This document shows positions 45,284-56,556 of a stretch of DNA of 64,000 bases, one piece after another. A program made the position numbers and the translations under genes. A model generated the notes under the pieces. That model was not told where the DNA came from, made no database searches, and saw only the letters and a list, made by a program, of their open reading frames with translations. The stretch's first letter is position 1; each line of letters opens with the position of its first letter. The DNA is from an uncultured Gammaproteobacteria bacterium (GTDB lineage Bacteria; Pseudomonadota; Gammaproteobacteria; UBA9214): assembly GCA_963773065.1 (NCBI GenBank), contig CAVYZN010000006.1, positions 96,001 to 160,000 of the forward strand, in the 5' to 3' direction.

Positions 45284-46214
45284 TCACATGAATGCGACGT
45301 TTTCCACCAGGCTGCTCGGGTCCTTGTGTATCAGGATATCCGCCTCGGGCAGCATGGCCCTGATGTTTGCCTCCACTTCGTCGGCGATCTCATGGGCGTC
45401 GAACAGCGACAGGTCATCGTCGAGTTCCAGATGCAACTGGATGAAGATGTCATGTCCCGAGCGGCGGGTGCGCAGATCGTGAACGCCGCGCACCCGTTGC
45501 ATGGGCGAGCGCGGCGCTGCGGATACGCAGGCGCTGTTCATCCGGCAATTCCCGGTCCATCAGCAACTGAAAGGCCTCGTTGCCGATATGCCAGGCGCTG
45601 TAGAGGATATAGAGCGCGATACCCAGGGCGAACAGCGCGTCGCTGCCCGGCCAGCCGTATCCCGTGAGCAGCAGGGCGGCAATGATGCTGGCATTGGTCA
45701 GCAGGTCGGTCTTGTAGTGCAGGGCATCCGCCTTGATCGCCGTCGAGCCGGTTACCTTGACCACATGGCGCTGTACCAGCAGCAATGCCAGTGTGGCAAT
45801 GATCGCGAATACCATGATCCCCACCCCGACCGCCACGTCCGCCAGCGGGCGCGGATGCAACAGCCGGTCGAAGGCCTGCAGGATCAGAAACAGCGCCGAG
45901 CCGGCGATAAAGGTCGTCTGGGCCAGGCCGGCCAGGGACTCGGCCTTGCCGTGGCCAAAGCGATGCTCCCGGTCGGCGGGCATGAGCGCATAGCGCACGG
46001 CAAACAGATTGATGAGGGAAGCAGCGGCATCCATCATCGAGTCGATCAGGGAGGCCAGCAGGCTGACCGATCCGGTCATCAGCCAGGCCACCAGCTTGCC
46101 GGTGATCAGGATGCCGGCGGTTGCCACCGAGGCGTGGGTGGCGAGGCGCAGCAGCCGGGGATGATGGGAGATGTCGTTGGATTTCTGCATGACAACGGGT
46201 TGTGAGTCTTCCAT
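45284..46214 (-). CDS. fieF: Cation diffusion facilitator (3' frameshift)
   Basis: DSMMD, HRFGHGKAE, DALHYKTD, HDLRTR, AHEIAD. Confidence 0.88.
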
Positions 46215-46348
46215 GATAGTGCGCACCCTGCCCGCGCCGCGGCGCCGTCAGCCGGGCCTGCGGATCCTCGGGATCAGGCAGGCCGTATGGTATCACCGAC
46301 GCCGTCACCTACTAAGGCTTTCGTCAGCGGGACCACGCTGCCGGGGCA

Positions 46349-46451
46349 CGGTCCGGGGCGGGCTTGCCGGAACCCGCCGTGAATACGTCCCTGTAGGTCG
46401 GCGTGCCGCCGTCCGGGCGGCACACGGTTCCGGCAAGCCCGCCCCGAACCG
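46349..46451. repeat. Structured intergenic element, copy 1
   Basis: 21-bp perfect stem enclosing CGCCGTGAATACGTCCCTGTAGG plus a second hairpin. Confidence 0.75.
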
Positions 46452-46521
46452 CGCGGCATGACCCTGGATGGTCCTGGTACCTCCGTTATTTTTCCGCTGG
46501 CGATCGCCCGTCGGGACCGCC

Positions 46522-46962
46522 TCAGCCGTTGAGGTGCGTGCGGGTCCAGCGCACGATGTCCGGCGCGCCCATGGCGCCCGCCTGGCGCGCCAGTTCCTGT
46601 CCATGGTGAAACAGGGCCAGAGTCGGAATGCTGCGGATGCCGTAACGCGCGGCGATGGACTGCTCGATCTCGGTATTGAGCTTGGCCAGCCGCACCCGCG
46701 GCTCAAGCTGCGAGGCCGCCTGCACGAAGGCCGGCGCCATCATCTTGCAGGGTCCGCACCAGGGCGCCCAGAAATCGACCAGCACGGGGATATCGTTGCG
46801 CTCGAGCTGTTTCTGGAAATCGGCGCCGGTCAGTTCCAGCGGATGGGCGGTAAAGAGCGCCTGGTGGCATTTGCCGCACTTCGGGCCGTCACCGAGCCGC
46901 GCCCCGGGTATCCGGTTTACCGCGCCACACCCGGGGCAGACGATGTGAAGGGCATCGTTCAT
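46522..46962 (-). CDS. trxC: Thioredoxin 2
   Basis: CPGC...CGKC zinc finger, WCGPC. Confidence 0.93.
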   Translation of the reverse strand: MNDALHIVCPGCGAVNRIPGARLGDGPKCGKCHQALFTAHPLELTGADFQKQLERNDIPVLVDFWAPWCGPCKMMAPAFVQAASQLEPRVRLAKLNTEIEQSIAARYGIRSIPTLALFHHGQELARQAGAMGAPDIVRWTRTHLNG

Positions 46963-47022
46963 GGTTTGCGTTCCTCCGTTATCGACCGCCAACGGTCGCC
47001 GGCAGGCGTGTCCGCCTGCATG

Positions 47023-47345
47023 TCATCGGGACCCGGATTCGAATCGCCGCAGTTGGGCGCGCAGGGATTCGAGTTCATCCAGCAGGTCCAGCACCAGGGC
47101 CACACCGGCAGGATTGATGCCCAGGTCCCGCTGCAGATGCATGGCGATGCGGGCGCGTCCCAGGCTGGGGCCCGGGAAACACCATTCATCAGGTCGCGGC
47201 CCACGGGTTCCAGTATGCCTTCGTCGACCAGCTCGACGATCCGCTCGATGCGCACGGAACACGCATAACTCAGCTCATCCAGCGTCAGGGTCGTGGTTTC
47301 ATCCAGGATCAATCCCGTCAGTACCGGTAGCTTCTCGTCTTGCAT
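47023..47345 (-). CDS. cbpM: Chaperone modulator CbpM (frameshift)
   Basis: LTLDEL...ELVDEGIL; LQRDLGINPAGVALVLDLLDE; follows cbpA. Confidence 0.85.
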
Positions 47346-47351
47346 GGCTGC

Positions 47352-48284
47352 TTACACTCCCAGTCGGGATCGTGGATTGAACGCCAGTTCCTGCTGCATG
47401 GTGCGGTAGAACTCCCGGGCGGCCTCGGTTTCCGCCGGCGGCAGCGCGATCTGCAGCTCCACATACAGGTCGCCGGCCGGATTCCCCGGAATGCCGCGCC
47501 CCTTCAGGCGCAGCTTCCGGCCCGCCGCCGAACCCGCGGGTACGGTCAGGTCGACGACCCCTTCCGGCGTCGGGACCTTGACCTTGGCGCCCAGCGCCGC
47601 CTCCCAGGGCGCCAGCGGCAGGTCCAGGTAAAGATCACGCCCGTCGGCACGGTACAAACGGTGCGGCTTGAATTCCACTTCCAGATACAGGTCGCCGGCC
47701 GGCCCGCCGCCCAATCCCGGCGTGCCCTGACCGGCCAGCCGGATATGCTGGCCTTGCCTGACCCCCTTGGGGATGCGCACGCTCAGGGTGTGCTCCCGGA
47801 TGCGTACATGGCCCTGCCCGTCGAGCTGCGGGGCGTGCAGGGTGATGGTGCGGGTCGCGCCGTGGTAGGCGTCCTCCAGATCGATCAGGATCCTGGCATG
47901 GTGATCCTCGCCGCGGGCGTGAAAGGTCGCGCCGCCGGGACGCCCCGCCCCGGCCCGCCCGAAGAGGGATTCGAAGAAGTCGCTGAAGGCGCCGCTGTCG
48001 GCGTAACCGCCGCTGAACTCGAAACCGGCATCCCAGTCAGGCGGCGGCCGGAATTCCTGCCCCGCCTTCCAGTTGGCGCCGAGTTGATCGTAGGCGGCGC
48101 GCTTTTCCGGATCCTTGAGCACCTCGTAGGCTTCGCCCAGTTCCTTGAACCGCGCCTCCGCATCCGGTTCCTTGCTGACATCCGGATGGTATTTGCGCGC
48201 GAGTTTGCGGTAGGCGCGCTTGATCTCGTCCTGGGTGGCATCGCGCGCCACGCCCATGATGGTGTAATAGTCTTTGAACTCCAT
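47352..48284 (-). CDS. cbpA: DnaJ-class curved DNA-binding protein
   Basis: J domain with HPD; FSDFFESLFG; no zinc finger. Confidence 0.92.
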   Translation of the reverse strand: MEFKDYYTIMGVARDATQDEIKRAYRKLARKYHPDVSKEPDAEARFKELGEAYEVLKDPEKRAAYDQLGANWKAGQEFRPPPDWDAGFEFSGGYADSGAFSDFFESLFGRAGAGRPGGATFHARGEDHHARILIDLEDAYHGATRTITLHAPQLDGQGHVRIREHTLSVRIPKGVRQGQHIRLAGQGTPGLGGGPAGDLYLEVEFKPHRLYRADGRDLYLDLPLAPWEAALGAKVKVPTPEGVVDLTVPAGSAAGRKLRLKGRGIPGNPAGDLYVELQIALPPAETEAAREFYRTMQQELAFNPRSRLGV

Positions 48285-48422
48285 GAGTTACTCTCGCCGC
48301 CAACCCACTCGCGCCGGCCGCGCTATCGACCGGGCAAGTATGCGAGAATAGCGGCCGGCGGACACGTACACAAGGCGCCCGCCGGCCTATCCGGAATTTG
48401 CATTGGGAGGAGATCACCGATC

Positions 48423-49211
48423 ATGGCGAAGAGAATGTTCACGGCCGTATTGTTCACACTGACGGCGCTAGTCGCGGCGCTGCCGGGCCGGGCCGACACG
48501 ACCATCCGGCTGGACGGTTCACTGAATGCGGCGAACGCCCTCATTCAGGTAAAGGACAACATGGCGCGCCTGGCGCAAGCCAGCCAGCCCGCCTACGTGC
48601 TCTATGACAAAACCCGCGACGTCGCCATTTATGTCGATACGGCCAAGCGGACCTATACCGAGATCGACCAGCAAACGCTGAAGGGATACGCCGGGATGGC
48701 ATCCGCGCTGCGCGAGCAGCTGCAAATGCTGCCGCCCGCGCAACGCGCCCTGCTCGAGGAGCGCATGGGCGGCATGCTGGGCCTGCCGCAGGGCGGGTTG
48801 CCCGAGCTCGGCGAGCTGCAAACGCTCGCGCGCGGCAACCGCACCATCGCCGGCTTCCACTGCCGCTTGTACGCCCTGCTGAAAGCCCGGCAGCCCATCG
48901 GCGACGTCTGCCTGAGCTCCGCCGCCGAGGCGGGTGTTTCACCGGCCGATTTCGCCACCCTGATGGCCATGATCGATTTCCTGCGCCATGCGGCCGGCAC
49001 GGCCCAGGAACTGACCGGCGGCCTGACCGAGAGCACCCGCCTGCTGCTGAGCGGATTGCCGGGGGTGCCGGTGGCGGCGCGGGATTACCAGAGCCGCCAG
49101 CAGTTCATGGTGGCCGGCGTCTCCGGCAAACCACTGGATGCCGGTCTCTTCACCGGCTACCGGGGCTACCGCCAGCAGGACCTGATGGAGGCGATAGCGC
49201 TGGGCCGTTGA
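48423..49211 (+). CDS. Exported hypothetical protein (DUF4412-like)
   Basis: Signal peptide; RTIAGFHC..Y motif. Confidence 0.6.
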   Translation: MAKRMFTAVLFTLTALVAALPGRADTTIRLDGSLNAANALIQVKDNMARLAQASQPAYVLYDKTRDVAIYVDTAKRTYTEIDQQTLKGYAGMASALREQLQMLPPAQRALLEERMGGMLGLPQGGLPELGELQTLARGNRTIAGFHCRLYALLKARQPIGDVCLSSAAEAGVSPADFATLMAMIDFLRHAAGTAQELTGGLTESTRLLLSGLPGVPVAARDYQSRQQFMVAGVSGKPLDAGLFTGYRGYRQQDLMEAIALGR

Positions 49212-49309
49212 TCCGTCGCTCAGCCGCTGGCCCGCCGGCCCTGATGCAATACCGGGCGGTGACGCTGTAATTCCCGGCGCCGCGGCAGTTTGACGCATGA
49301 TATCGCCGC

Positions 49310-50617
49310 CTAGAGCAGGTTGGCGTAGTCCAGCTCGATCTGCTTGAGGTTCAGGCGGTTCAGGAAATTCGAATAGCACATCCAGGCGCTCAGGGCGTTG
49401 GGGTCGGCGATCTGCGGCGGCATGAAGCGCGGCTTGGCGACGATGCCCTCCTCGACCAGTTGGGCGAGGGTGCGCATGTCGTCCAGTGTGGTCTTGCCGC
49501 AGAACAAGAGCGGAATGCGGTCGAGCATGCCCTTGCGCACGGCCAGTTGGATATAGTTGTACACCATGATGAAGCCGCGGCTGTAGGCGAGGTCCTTGGT
49601 GAAGGGTCCGCCGGTCGGCGTGCTGCCGCGGAACACGCGGGTGACCAGTGAATAACTCTCCTGATCCTCGTAGCCCTGCTCACGGAAAAACGCGAACACT
49701 TCGAGGAAATCGGCGCCGCGTTCCGCCATGTCGACGCCGTGTATCCGGTTGGTCACCTTCTTCAGCCGGTCCGGGTGCGAGGAAAAGGTGAAGATCTCGA
49801 TCAGGATCGCCAGCCCCTCCTGGGTCACGGTGGCCGACGGCGGCCCCTTGCTGAGAAAGGTGCAGTAGGGCTGGCTCTCGCCGTTCAGCGTGGTGCCGAT
49901 GTGGACCCAGCCCTCGTGGACCTCCAGTATCCGCAGGTCCCGTTCGCTGAACCGCGCCTCCTTGCGTATCTTCAGGTAGTCCGACCCGGCCGAGGCATCG
50001 GCGAGGATGCCATCGCTCAGTATCACCCGCACCTTGCGCTCATTGCCGGGATATACCCGGTCGAGCCGTTCCTGCAGCAGCCCCACCGCCTCCTCGCCGC
50101 TGATCGACTTAGGCTCTTCGGGCAGCAGCTTGCGATCCCGGATGTTGGCCAGGGCATCGGACATCATGACGCCGAGATCCGCGACGGTCGGGTCCCCGAC
50201 GTGGAAGACATCGCTCGCCGAACCATAGAGTTCCTGCGAGAGGCGGGTGAAATCGGGCGTGCCGCGCGCCTCGAGCATGCGCACCACCATCTGATACTCG
50301 CGGCACATGCGGCGCATGATCTGGCTGACCGGATTGAACTGGCCCAGGCGGCGCACGATCTCCCGCTCCAGGTCATGGAACTCGCTGCGTTTCTCGCGCG
50401 CGTCGAACCCCAGCGGGCGGGCGTCATAGTAGCCGCGGTCGACCGGGGGCAGCGCCTTGCAGCCGGCAGCGAAGAAGGCCTGCTCGATGGTGTCGTCCCA
50501 CTTGATGGCGTCGAGGATGCGGATCGGCGACTGGACCTGCACCAGCCGGTCGGACAGCTCGCGCAGGCCCTGCAGATAGGCCGATTTCTCAGGCAGCGGT
50601 TTCATGGATGGCGACAT
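49310..50617 (-). CDS. QEGLA-motif metallopeptidase (DUF1704/MATCAP-like)
   Basis: HEGWVH, TQEGLA, FTKDLAY. Confidence 0.88.
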   Translation of the reverse strand: MSPSMKPLPEKSAYLQGLRELSDRLVQVQSPIRILDAIKWDDTIEQAFFAAGCKALPPVDRGYYDARPLGFDAREKRSEFHDLEREIVRRLGQFNPVSQIMRRMCREYQMVVRMLEARGTPDFTRLSQELYGSASDVFHVGDPTVADLGVMMSDALANIRDRKLLPEEPKSISGEEAVGLLQERLDRVYPGNERKVRVILSDGILADASAGSDYLKIRKEARFSERDLRILEVHEGWVHIGTTLNGESQPYCTFLSKGPPSATVTQEGLAILIEIFTFSSHPDRLKKVTNRIHGVDMAERGADFLEVFAFFREQGYEDQESYSLVTRVFRGSTPTGGPFTKDLAYSRGFIMVYNYIQLAVRKGMLDRIPLLFCGKTTLDDMRTLAQLVEEGIVAKPRFMPPQIADPNALSAWMCYSNFLNRLNLKQIELDYANLL

Positions 50618-50799
50618 CTCGAAGTGGCATACCCCCACAATACGGATAAAGCCGGGTGATCCGCAAGCCGCATGCGCCCGATGCAGGCGGTTCAACACGG
50701 GGAGAACGGCTACACGGCGCGGGCCGGCGCAAGGGTTTTCCTCGCCTGTGCTGTGCAATGCAGAGCCTTTTCCAATGAGACAGAGACTGAACGGGGGGC

Positions 50800-50912
50800 G
50801 TGATTCCAACGTGGAATGAGCCTGAAGGCGGTCGGGAGTTTGGGATCATCGGAGGATGAACGTGACTCTACGTACCCAAGGACTCCAGACCCTGGAGCAA
50901 CTCCGCGCCTTG
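50800..50912 (+). mobile_element. IS end plus transposase N-terminal stub
   Basis: MNVTLRTQGLQTLEQLRA resembles the stub at 53440-53530. Confidence 0.45.
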
Positions 50913-50947
50913 TCTTCAACAATCAGTATCTTTGCGCCCGACAAAAA

Positions 50948-52046
50948 TCAGGCTCCTTTTTCGCTCCTTGCCTCAAAGGAAATCGTAAATTCGGCTCCAC
51001 CGTCCGCGCCGATATGGATGCTGCCGCCAAGCTGCTCTGCCAGAACGCAGACTAATTTCAACCCCAGTGAGTCGCTCTTCTGCACTTCGAGGCCCTCAGG
51101 AAGTCCCACGCCATCGTCACTGACGGTCAGCAGGATTTTATTCCCGGCGTCACGGCGCAAGTCGATGCGGATTTCACCTGTTTGCGTTGCACCTCTTGAA
51201 GCCGGAAAGGCATACTTCAACGCGTTTGAGACCAGTTCATTGATAATCAAAGCGCAAGTGATTGCCGTATCAATGTCCAGGGAAACGTCTTTCACAGATA
51301 TTTTCGATCGAATGGCCCTGGCGGCCGCTCCATAAGAAACGAAGAGGTAGTTGGTTAGGCTTCTGATGTATTCGGGAAAGTCTATCCTTGCCAGCGACTC
51401 GGACTGATACAATTTTTCATGAATAAGCGCCATAGTGTAGATCCGGCTCTGGCTCTCTTTAAAAAGGGCGATCGCCCCCTCGTCTTTAACTTGAGGCAAC
51501 TGAAGGTTGAGCATGTTCTGAATGATCTGGAGGTTATTTTTGACGCGGTGGTGTATTTCCTTAAGCAGCACTTCTTTCTCTCTCAGCGACTTTTTTACCT
51601 GTTCCTCCACCTTCTTACGCTCTTCCATCTCGTCCCGGAGCTGTGCGTTGGTTTGCTGCAATTCGTGGCGGGCGGCTTCCGTCTTCACACGCTCCCCGTT
51701 AAAGTCCTCAAGCAGGTTCAACATTGCGCTCTGCGTTCCCTCGAGCCGGGATTTTTCTCCGGAGAAGTCCTCAAGGACATTGAGCACGGCCCGCTGTGTT
51801 TCCTCAAGGCGGCCTTTCTCGCCGGTAAAGTCCTCCAGGATGTTAATGACCGCGCTTTGCGTGCCTTCAAGACTCATCTTTTCCACGGAAGAATCTTCAA
51901 ATGATATTCAGGACCGCGCGCTGAGTTTTTTCGAGCTGCGCCTTCTCCTCCGAAAAGTCTTCGAGGATGTTAAGTATCGCCTTGGTATAGTCCGCGGCGC
52001 CGATCTCCGCTGTTCGTTTTGAGACCGTAAAGACCGTGTCGTTCAC
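50948..52046 (-). CDS. HisKA_2-type sensor kinase with five 21-aa N-terminal repeats (one frameshift)
   Basis: [33 protein letters not shown]; repeated TQxAVLNxLEDFxxEK. Confidence 0.85.
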
Positions 52047-52667
52047 TGCTCGGCCCTCTCACCCGGCGTGGTCTTCCGCAGCGCATTGTTTTCTTTCCGC
52101 AGCTCTTCAATCTCTTTCTTCAATTCGATCATCTTGAGTTCGCGCCCGACAGTAAGTTTTTGGAACCGCTCCAGTTCCGACAGACGATCGAGCTCGCGGG
52201 CGCGCTGCTCTTCCCTCGCGCGCTGTTCCGCGATCTTCGACTCGGCCTCTCTTTGCGCGGTCACATCGCGCGCGGCGGCGAACACACCCAGGACCTTGCC
52301 TTGCGCGTCGCGATAAACCGAGGCGTTATAGAGCACGTTGGTGAGCCGGCCGTCTTGTGCCTGATGGTCAGCGGGTAATCAGTAACGGAGCCCTTCGCGA
52401 AGACTTGCTCGTAGCCCTTTCTGGCATTATCAGGCTCCGTGAAATAGTTTGAAAAGTCCACACCGATGAGCTTGTGGCGGGGACGCCCGTTACTTTTATC
52501 GTCGCTTCATTAACGTCCGTGATCTTGCCTTCGGTGCTGATCGTCACCAGAGGGTCGAGAGACGCCTCGATCAGACTCCGGGCATACTGGGACGCCTGCT
52601 TCTGCTCCTCCGCTGTCAGAGCGGCATCCAGCATCGGCGATTTTAACTGTTCACTCTTGCTTTTCAT
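52043..52667 (-). CDS. PAS-domain protein (frameshifts)
   Basis: YARSLIEASLDPLVTI, DFSNYFTEP, YNASVY, AARDVT, VGRELKMIELKKEI. Confidence 0.8.
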
Positions 52668-53039
52668 TACTGCTGCTCCTCCTTTGTCAAAACCTTCTGA
52701 TCGCCCGTTGAATTTCAGATTTGCGCTTTTGGCTCTCGGAAGAAGTATAGGACAAATAACCACCCGTTTCTAAAAGTACACGGCCCCTGAAAACAACGGA
52801 TGCCTCGCTTTTCACCCCGATTTCAGCCAAGGCCAGCCAAATGCGGACGCTCCGCCGGAAAATCCTTCACGTACACCACCATTTCGGCCCGTTGCGGCAC
52901 TCGAGCCAACAAATAGCCTAACGCGTCAACAGGGGTAGCAGCAACTTGAGCGGAAAGCCGGGTTCCTTAGTCTCTTAGCCCAGGCGAATAAGCCGCCATG
53001 CGGTGGTGCCTGACTCTCGGGTGACGGATCGTTTCTGTT

Positions 53040-53420
53040 GCAGGGGCTTGTTCATCCAGGCGGGTCAGAATCTTCTCAATGACCACGGGTCTTCTCGGCT
53101 TTGGCCTCCTGCGTCGCCCTACCTCCTGCATCCATGCCGTCGGATACACGCGATGACGTGCATGTATGCACTAATGCCGCGGGCGCATGGATGCGCAGGA
53201 GCGGCGATCCTGACAGAGCCACCACATTCACGGCACGTCTCGATGTCGATCTCGCCTAAAGCGCCTACTGTTGGTGGAGACGCGCTTGAGCCTTTGCACC
53301 CAGGCCATAGCGGCATGACGTTCGGCGGACCAACGATAATGCCCTGGTGGTCTTGCGACTCGTCCAGTGTTTTGATCTTTTTCCTTTGCCGCGCCGGGCG
53401 GGTGTGACCTGCACACGATG
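53040..53420 (-). mobile_element. IS91/ISCR transposase C-terminal remnant with two small insertions
   Basis: AERHAAMAWVQRLKRV, IDIETCRECGG, IACI, VVIEKIL. Confidence 0.75.
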
Positions 53421-53439
53421 CTTGCTAAGGCATCCATCT

Positions 53440-53530
53440 CGGCCAGCGTATGCAACTGTTCGTCGTTCATATCGATTACCATGCCTCGCATCATGATCGA
53501 TACCAGTTGTCAGTTCAGATTCAAACCCCA
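53440..53530 (-). mobile_element. IS end plus transposase N-terminal stub
   Basis: MVIDMNDEQLHTLAE. Confidence 0.5.
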
Positions 53531-53893
53531 TTGAACAATGCTGATGCTTGGCAGGCAGTGTGTGTTGGCGCACTATGAAGCGCCGGCCATGCAGGAACGG
53601 TCAGTTCGGCGAACTTGCTACCGAAGACCTGGTGCGGCTGGCCGCGTCCCGAGGACGACAAATACCATTCGCAGCGACAAACAGCGAACCCGATGTTCGC
53701 GGTATCGGGGCAGGGCGTCTGAAAGCGCCGCTGTGGCGCCACTGTCCGCAGTGGTAACATGCCGGCTATATCGGAACGCATTGAGTCACTACACGTCGAT
53801 ATCAGCATATCCCGTCAACCCCAATCCACACGAGGATACAGCCGTGCGGTTTTTTTCAAGGCAATCATCACCGGATCACCACAGGAGGCGCTT

Positions 53894-54949
53894 GTGACAG
53901 ACCCCATCGGGAACCATCGCCCGCCCGAACATCCGCCGGTCGAGAGCGGACGCATCGGCGTCCTGCTGGTAAACCTCGGCACCCCCGACGCCCACGACAC
54001 CGCCGCCGTACGCCGCTACCTCGCCGAGTTCCTGTCCGACCGGCGCGTGATCGAACTGACACCCTGGCTGTGGCAACCGATCCTGCGCGGCATCATTCTG
54101 CGCACCCGCCCCGCGCGGGTGGCCGAGGCCTATCACAAGGTCTGGTTTAATGAGACCAACGAGTCGCCGCTGCGCTATTACACCCGCCGCCAGGCGGAAC
54201 TGCTGGGCGAGCGGTTTGGCTACCACGACGGCAGACTCCTCGTCGGCTGGGCCATGCGCTACGGCAATCCCTCCATCGCGGAGCAGATCGGCGCCTTGCA
54301 TAAACAGGGCTGCGAACGCATCCTCATCGCGCCACTTTATCCGCAGTACAGCGCTACCGCCACGGCCACGGTCAACGACCGGGTGTTTGAAACCCTCAAG
54401 ACCATGCGCTGGCAACCCGCGCTGCGCTGCCTTCCGCCCTACTACAACCATCCGGCCTACATAGAGGCCGTGGCGCAGACGGTCGAACAACATCTGGCCG
54501 CGGACGAGCATCGCCCCGAGGTCATCCTGGCCTCATTTCACGGCCTGCCGCAGGAATATTTCGACAAGGGCGATCCCTATTACTGCCACTGCGCCAAGAC
54601 CACCCGCCTGCTGCGCGAGCGGCTCGGCCTTGACGAGCAGCAATTGCGCATGACCTTCCAGTCGCGCTTTGGCCCGAAGAAATGGCTGCAACCCTACACC
54701 GCCAAGACCCTCAAGGCGCTGGCCCGCGAGGGCGTCAGGCATCTCGCCGTGGTCATGCCGGGCTTTGCCGCCGACTGCCTGGAAACCCTCGAGGAGATGG
54801 GCATGCAGAACCGCGACCTGTTCCTGGGGCACGGCGGCAACCGTTACGATGTCATTCCCTGCCTCAATGATTCAGAGATCGGGATGCACATGCTGCACAC
54901 CCTAGTGGCGCAGGAACTGTCCGGCTGGATATCCACAGCGCCAAACTGA
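53894..54949 (+). CDS. hemH: Ferrochelatase
   Basis: LLVNLGTP, EFLSDRRVI, PLYPQYS, SFHG, FQSRFG, DCLETLEE. Confidence 0.95.
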   Translation: MTDPIGNHRPPEHPPVESGRIGVLLVNLGTPDAHDTAAVRRYLAEFLSDRRVIELTPWLWQPILRGIILRTRPARVAEAYHKVWFNETNESPLRYYTRRQAELLGERFGYHDGRLLVGWAMRYGNPSIAEQIGALHKQGCERILIAPLYPQYSATATATVNDRVFETLKTMRWQPALRCLPPYYNHPAYIEAVAQTVEQHLAADEHRPEVILASFHGLPQEYFDKGDPYYCHCAKTTRLLRERLGLDEQQLRMTFQSRFGPKKWLQPYTAKTLKALAREGVRHLAVVMPGFAADCLETLEEMGMQNRDLFLGHGGNRYDVIPCLNDSEIGMHMLHTLVAQELSGWISTAPN

Positions 54950-55298
54950 TACGGCGCCAGGCAATCCAGGAATTATGCCTGGCTGATACCGCACCCAGCC
55001 TGTTCAACCAGCTTACGCAAATGTACACTGGAAAACAACCGCGAGCCTGATTGCACCGGATAAAAACGACGCCTTGTACGCGCGCTGCGGTGGTCAATGC
55101 TTCCCGGAGCATGTTCGCCCCCGACAGCTCAACGCCAATACCGTAATTGACAATCGACAGGCGGAACGACGGTAGGTCTGATTCGTGAAATTCATTCAAA
55201 ACACAGGCCGCGGTGTAATGTTCTAAGGTTGTGCAGGTGCATGGAAGACAGCGCCGATGATAACCGGCAGCAGGACGGTTACCGGCTTCACGGGGGAA

Positions 55299-56330
55299 AT
55301 GAAACTGATGATAAACAAACAACCGTTAACGATGCCAGCCGTTGTGCTGCAGGCGCCCGGGGGACCCGAGGTACTGCGCCACCAGGAGTTTCCCTTACCC
55401 GCGCTCACCCGAGACACGGACGTGCTGGTCCGGCTCAAGGCCGCCGGACTCAACCCGGTGGATGCCAAGCTGCGGCAAAACCCCGCCAGCTACTCGATGT
55501 CACTGCCGGTCGTGCTCGGCTTTGACGGCGCCGGCGTGGTCGAAACCGTCGGCAAGGCCGTGACCCGTTTCACCCCTGGCGATGAAGTCTATTTCTGCCA
55601 TCCGAGTTTCGGCGGTCGCTCCGGTTGCTATGCCGCCTACACCGTCGTTCCCGAAATACTGCTGGCGCGAAAACCGGCCGGCCTGAACTTTACCGAGGCT
55701 GCGGCCATTCCCCTGGCGCTGATTACGGCGTGGGAATCCCTGTTTGCGAGGGCCAGTGTGCAGGCCCGCCAGAGGGTACTGGTACATGGCGGTGCCGGCG
55801 GGGTGGGTCACCTCGCCATCCAGCTCGCAAAACGCGCCGGGGCAAGCGTCTGCACCACCGTCAGCTCGGAAACCAAGGCATCGATCGTGGAAACACTCGG
55901 CGCGGACGAACACATCTTCTATCGTGACGAGGATTTCGCGCACGCCGTACTGCGCTGGAGCGATGGGCAAGGCGTCGATGTCGCCCTGGATACCGTCGGT
56001 GGACAAACTTTTGAGCATACCTTTGCCGCCGTGCGCTACGGCGGCCAGTTGGTCACCCTGCTGCAACCCGCGGCCACGACCAACTGGGGCATCGCCCGCC
56101 AGCGCAATCTGGGCATCGGCCTGGAACTGATGCTGTCACCGACATTCCTGGATATTTCACAGGCGCAACGTGCGCAGTCACGCATCCTTGAGGAGTGCGC
56201 GCCGCTTTTTGACAGCGGCGAACTCAAGGTCTGCGTGACGCAGACCTATCCCTTGATGGATGCGGCCGCGGCGCATCGTGAACTGGAGAGTGGCACTCAG
56301 ATTGGGAAACTGGTCCTGGTGATGGACTAA
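55299..56330 (+). CDS. MDR-family quinone oxidoreductase/zinc-type ADH-like
   Basis: LNPVDAK, LGFDGAG, HGGAGGVGH, GKLVL; start codon uncertain. Confidence 0.88.
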   Translation: MKLMINKQPLTMPAVVLQAPGGPEVLRHQEFPLPALTRDTDVLVRLKAAGLNPVDAKLRQNPASYSMSLPVVLGFDGAGVVETVGKAVTRFTPGDEVYFCHPSFGGRSGCYAAYTVVPEILLARKPAGLNFTEAAAIPLALITAWESLFARASVQARQRVLVHGGAGGVGHLAIQLAKRAGASVCTTVSSETKASIVETLGADEHIFYRDEDFAHAVLRWSDGQGVDVALDTVGGQTFEHTFAAVRYGGQLVTLLQPAATTNWGIARQRNLGIGLELMLSPTFLDISQAQRAQSRILEECAPLFDSGELKVCVTQTYPLMDAAAAHRELESGTQIGKLVLVMD

Positions 56331-56556
56331 TTGGATGCACACGACTGCAGGGATGCAGGAGATAGGGCAATGCAGGGAGCGATTGCCGAAATCCTATGAG
56401 ACGATGAATTATCAGCAACACCGCCTGGCAGAATTGCTCCCCACTGCTGAAGTATGAGGATGGCTGTTCCGACGTCCCTTAAATATTCCAGATTAGTGCC
56501 AATATATTATTGAGACAGGCACACAGTGTCGTTGATTTTGAACTATCAAGAAAGGT

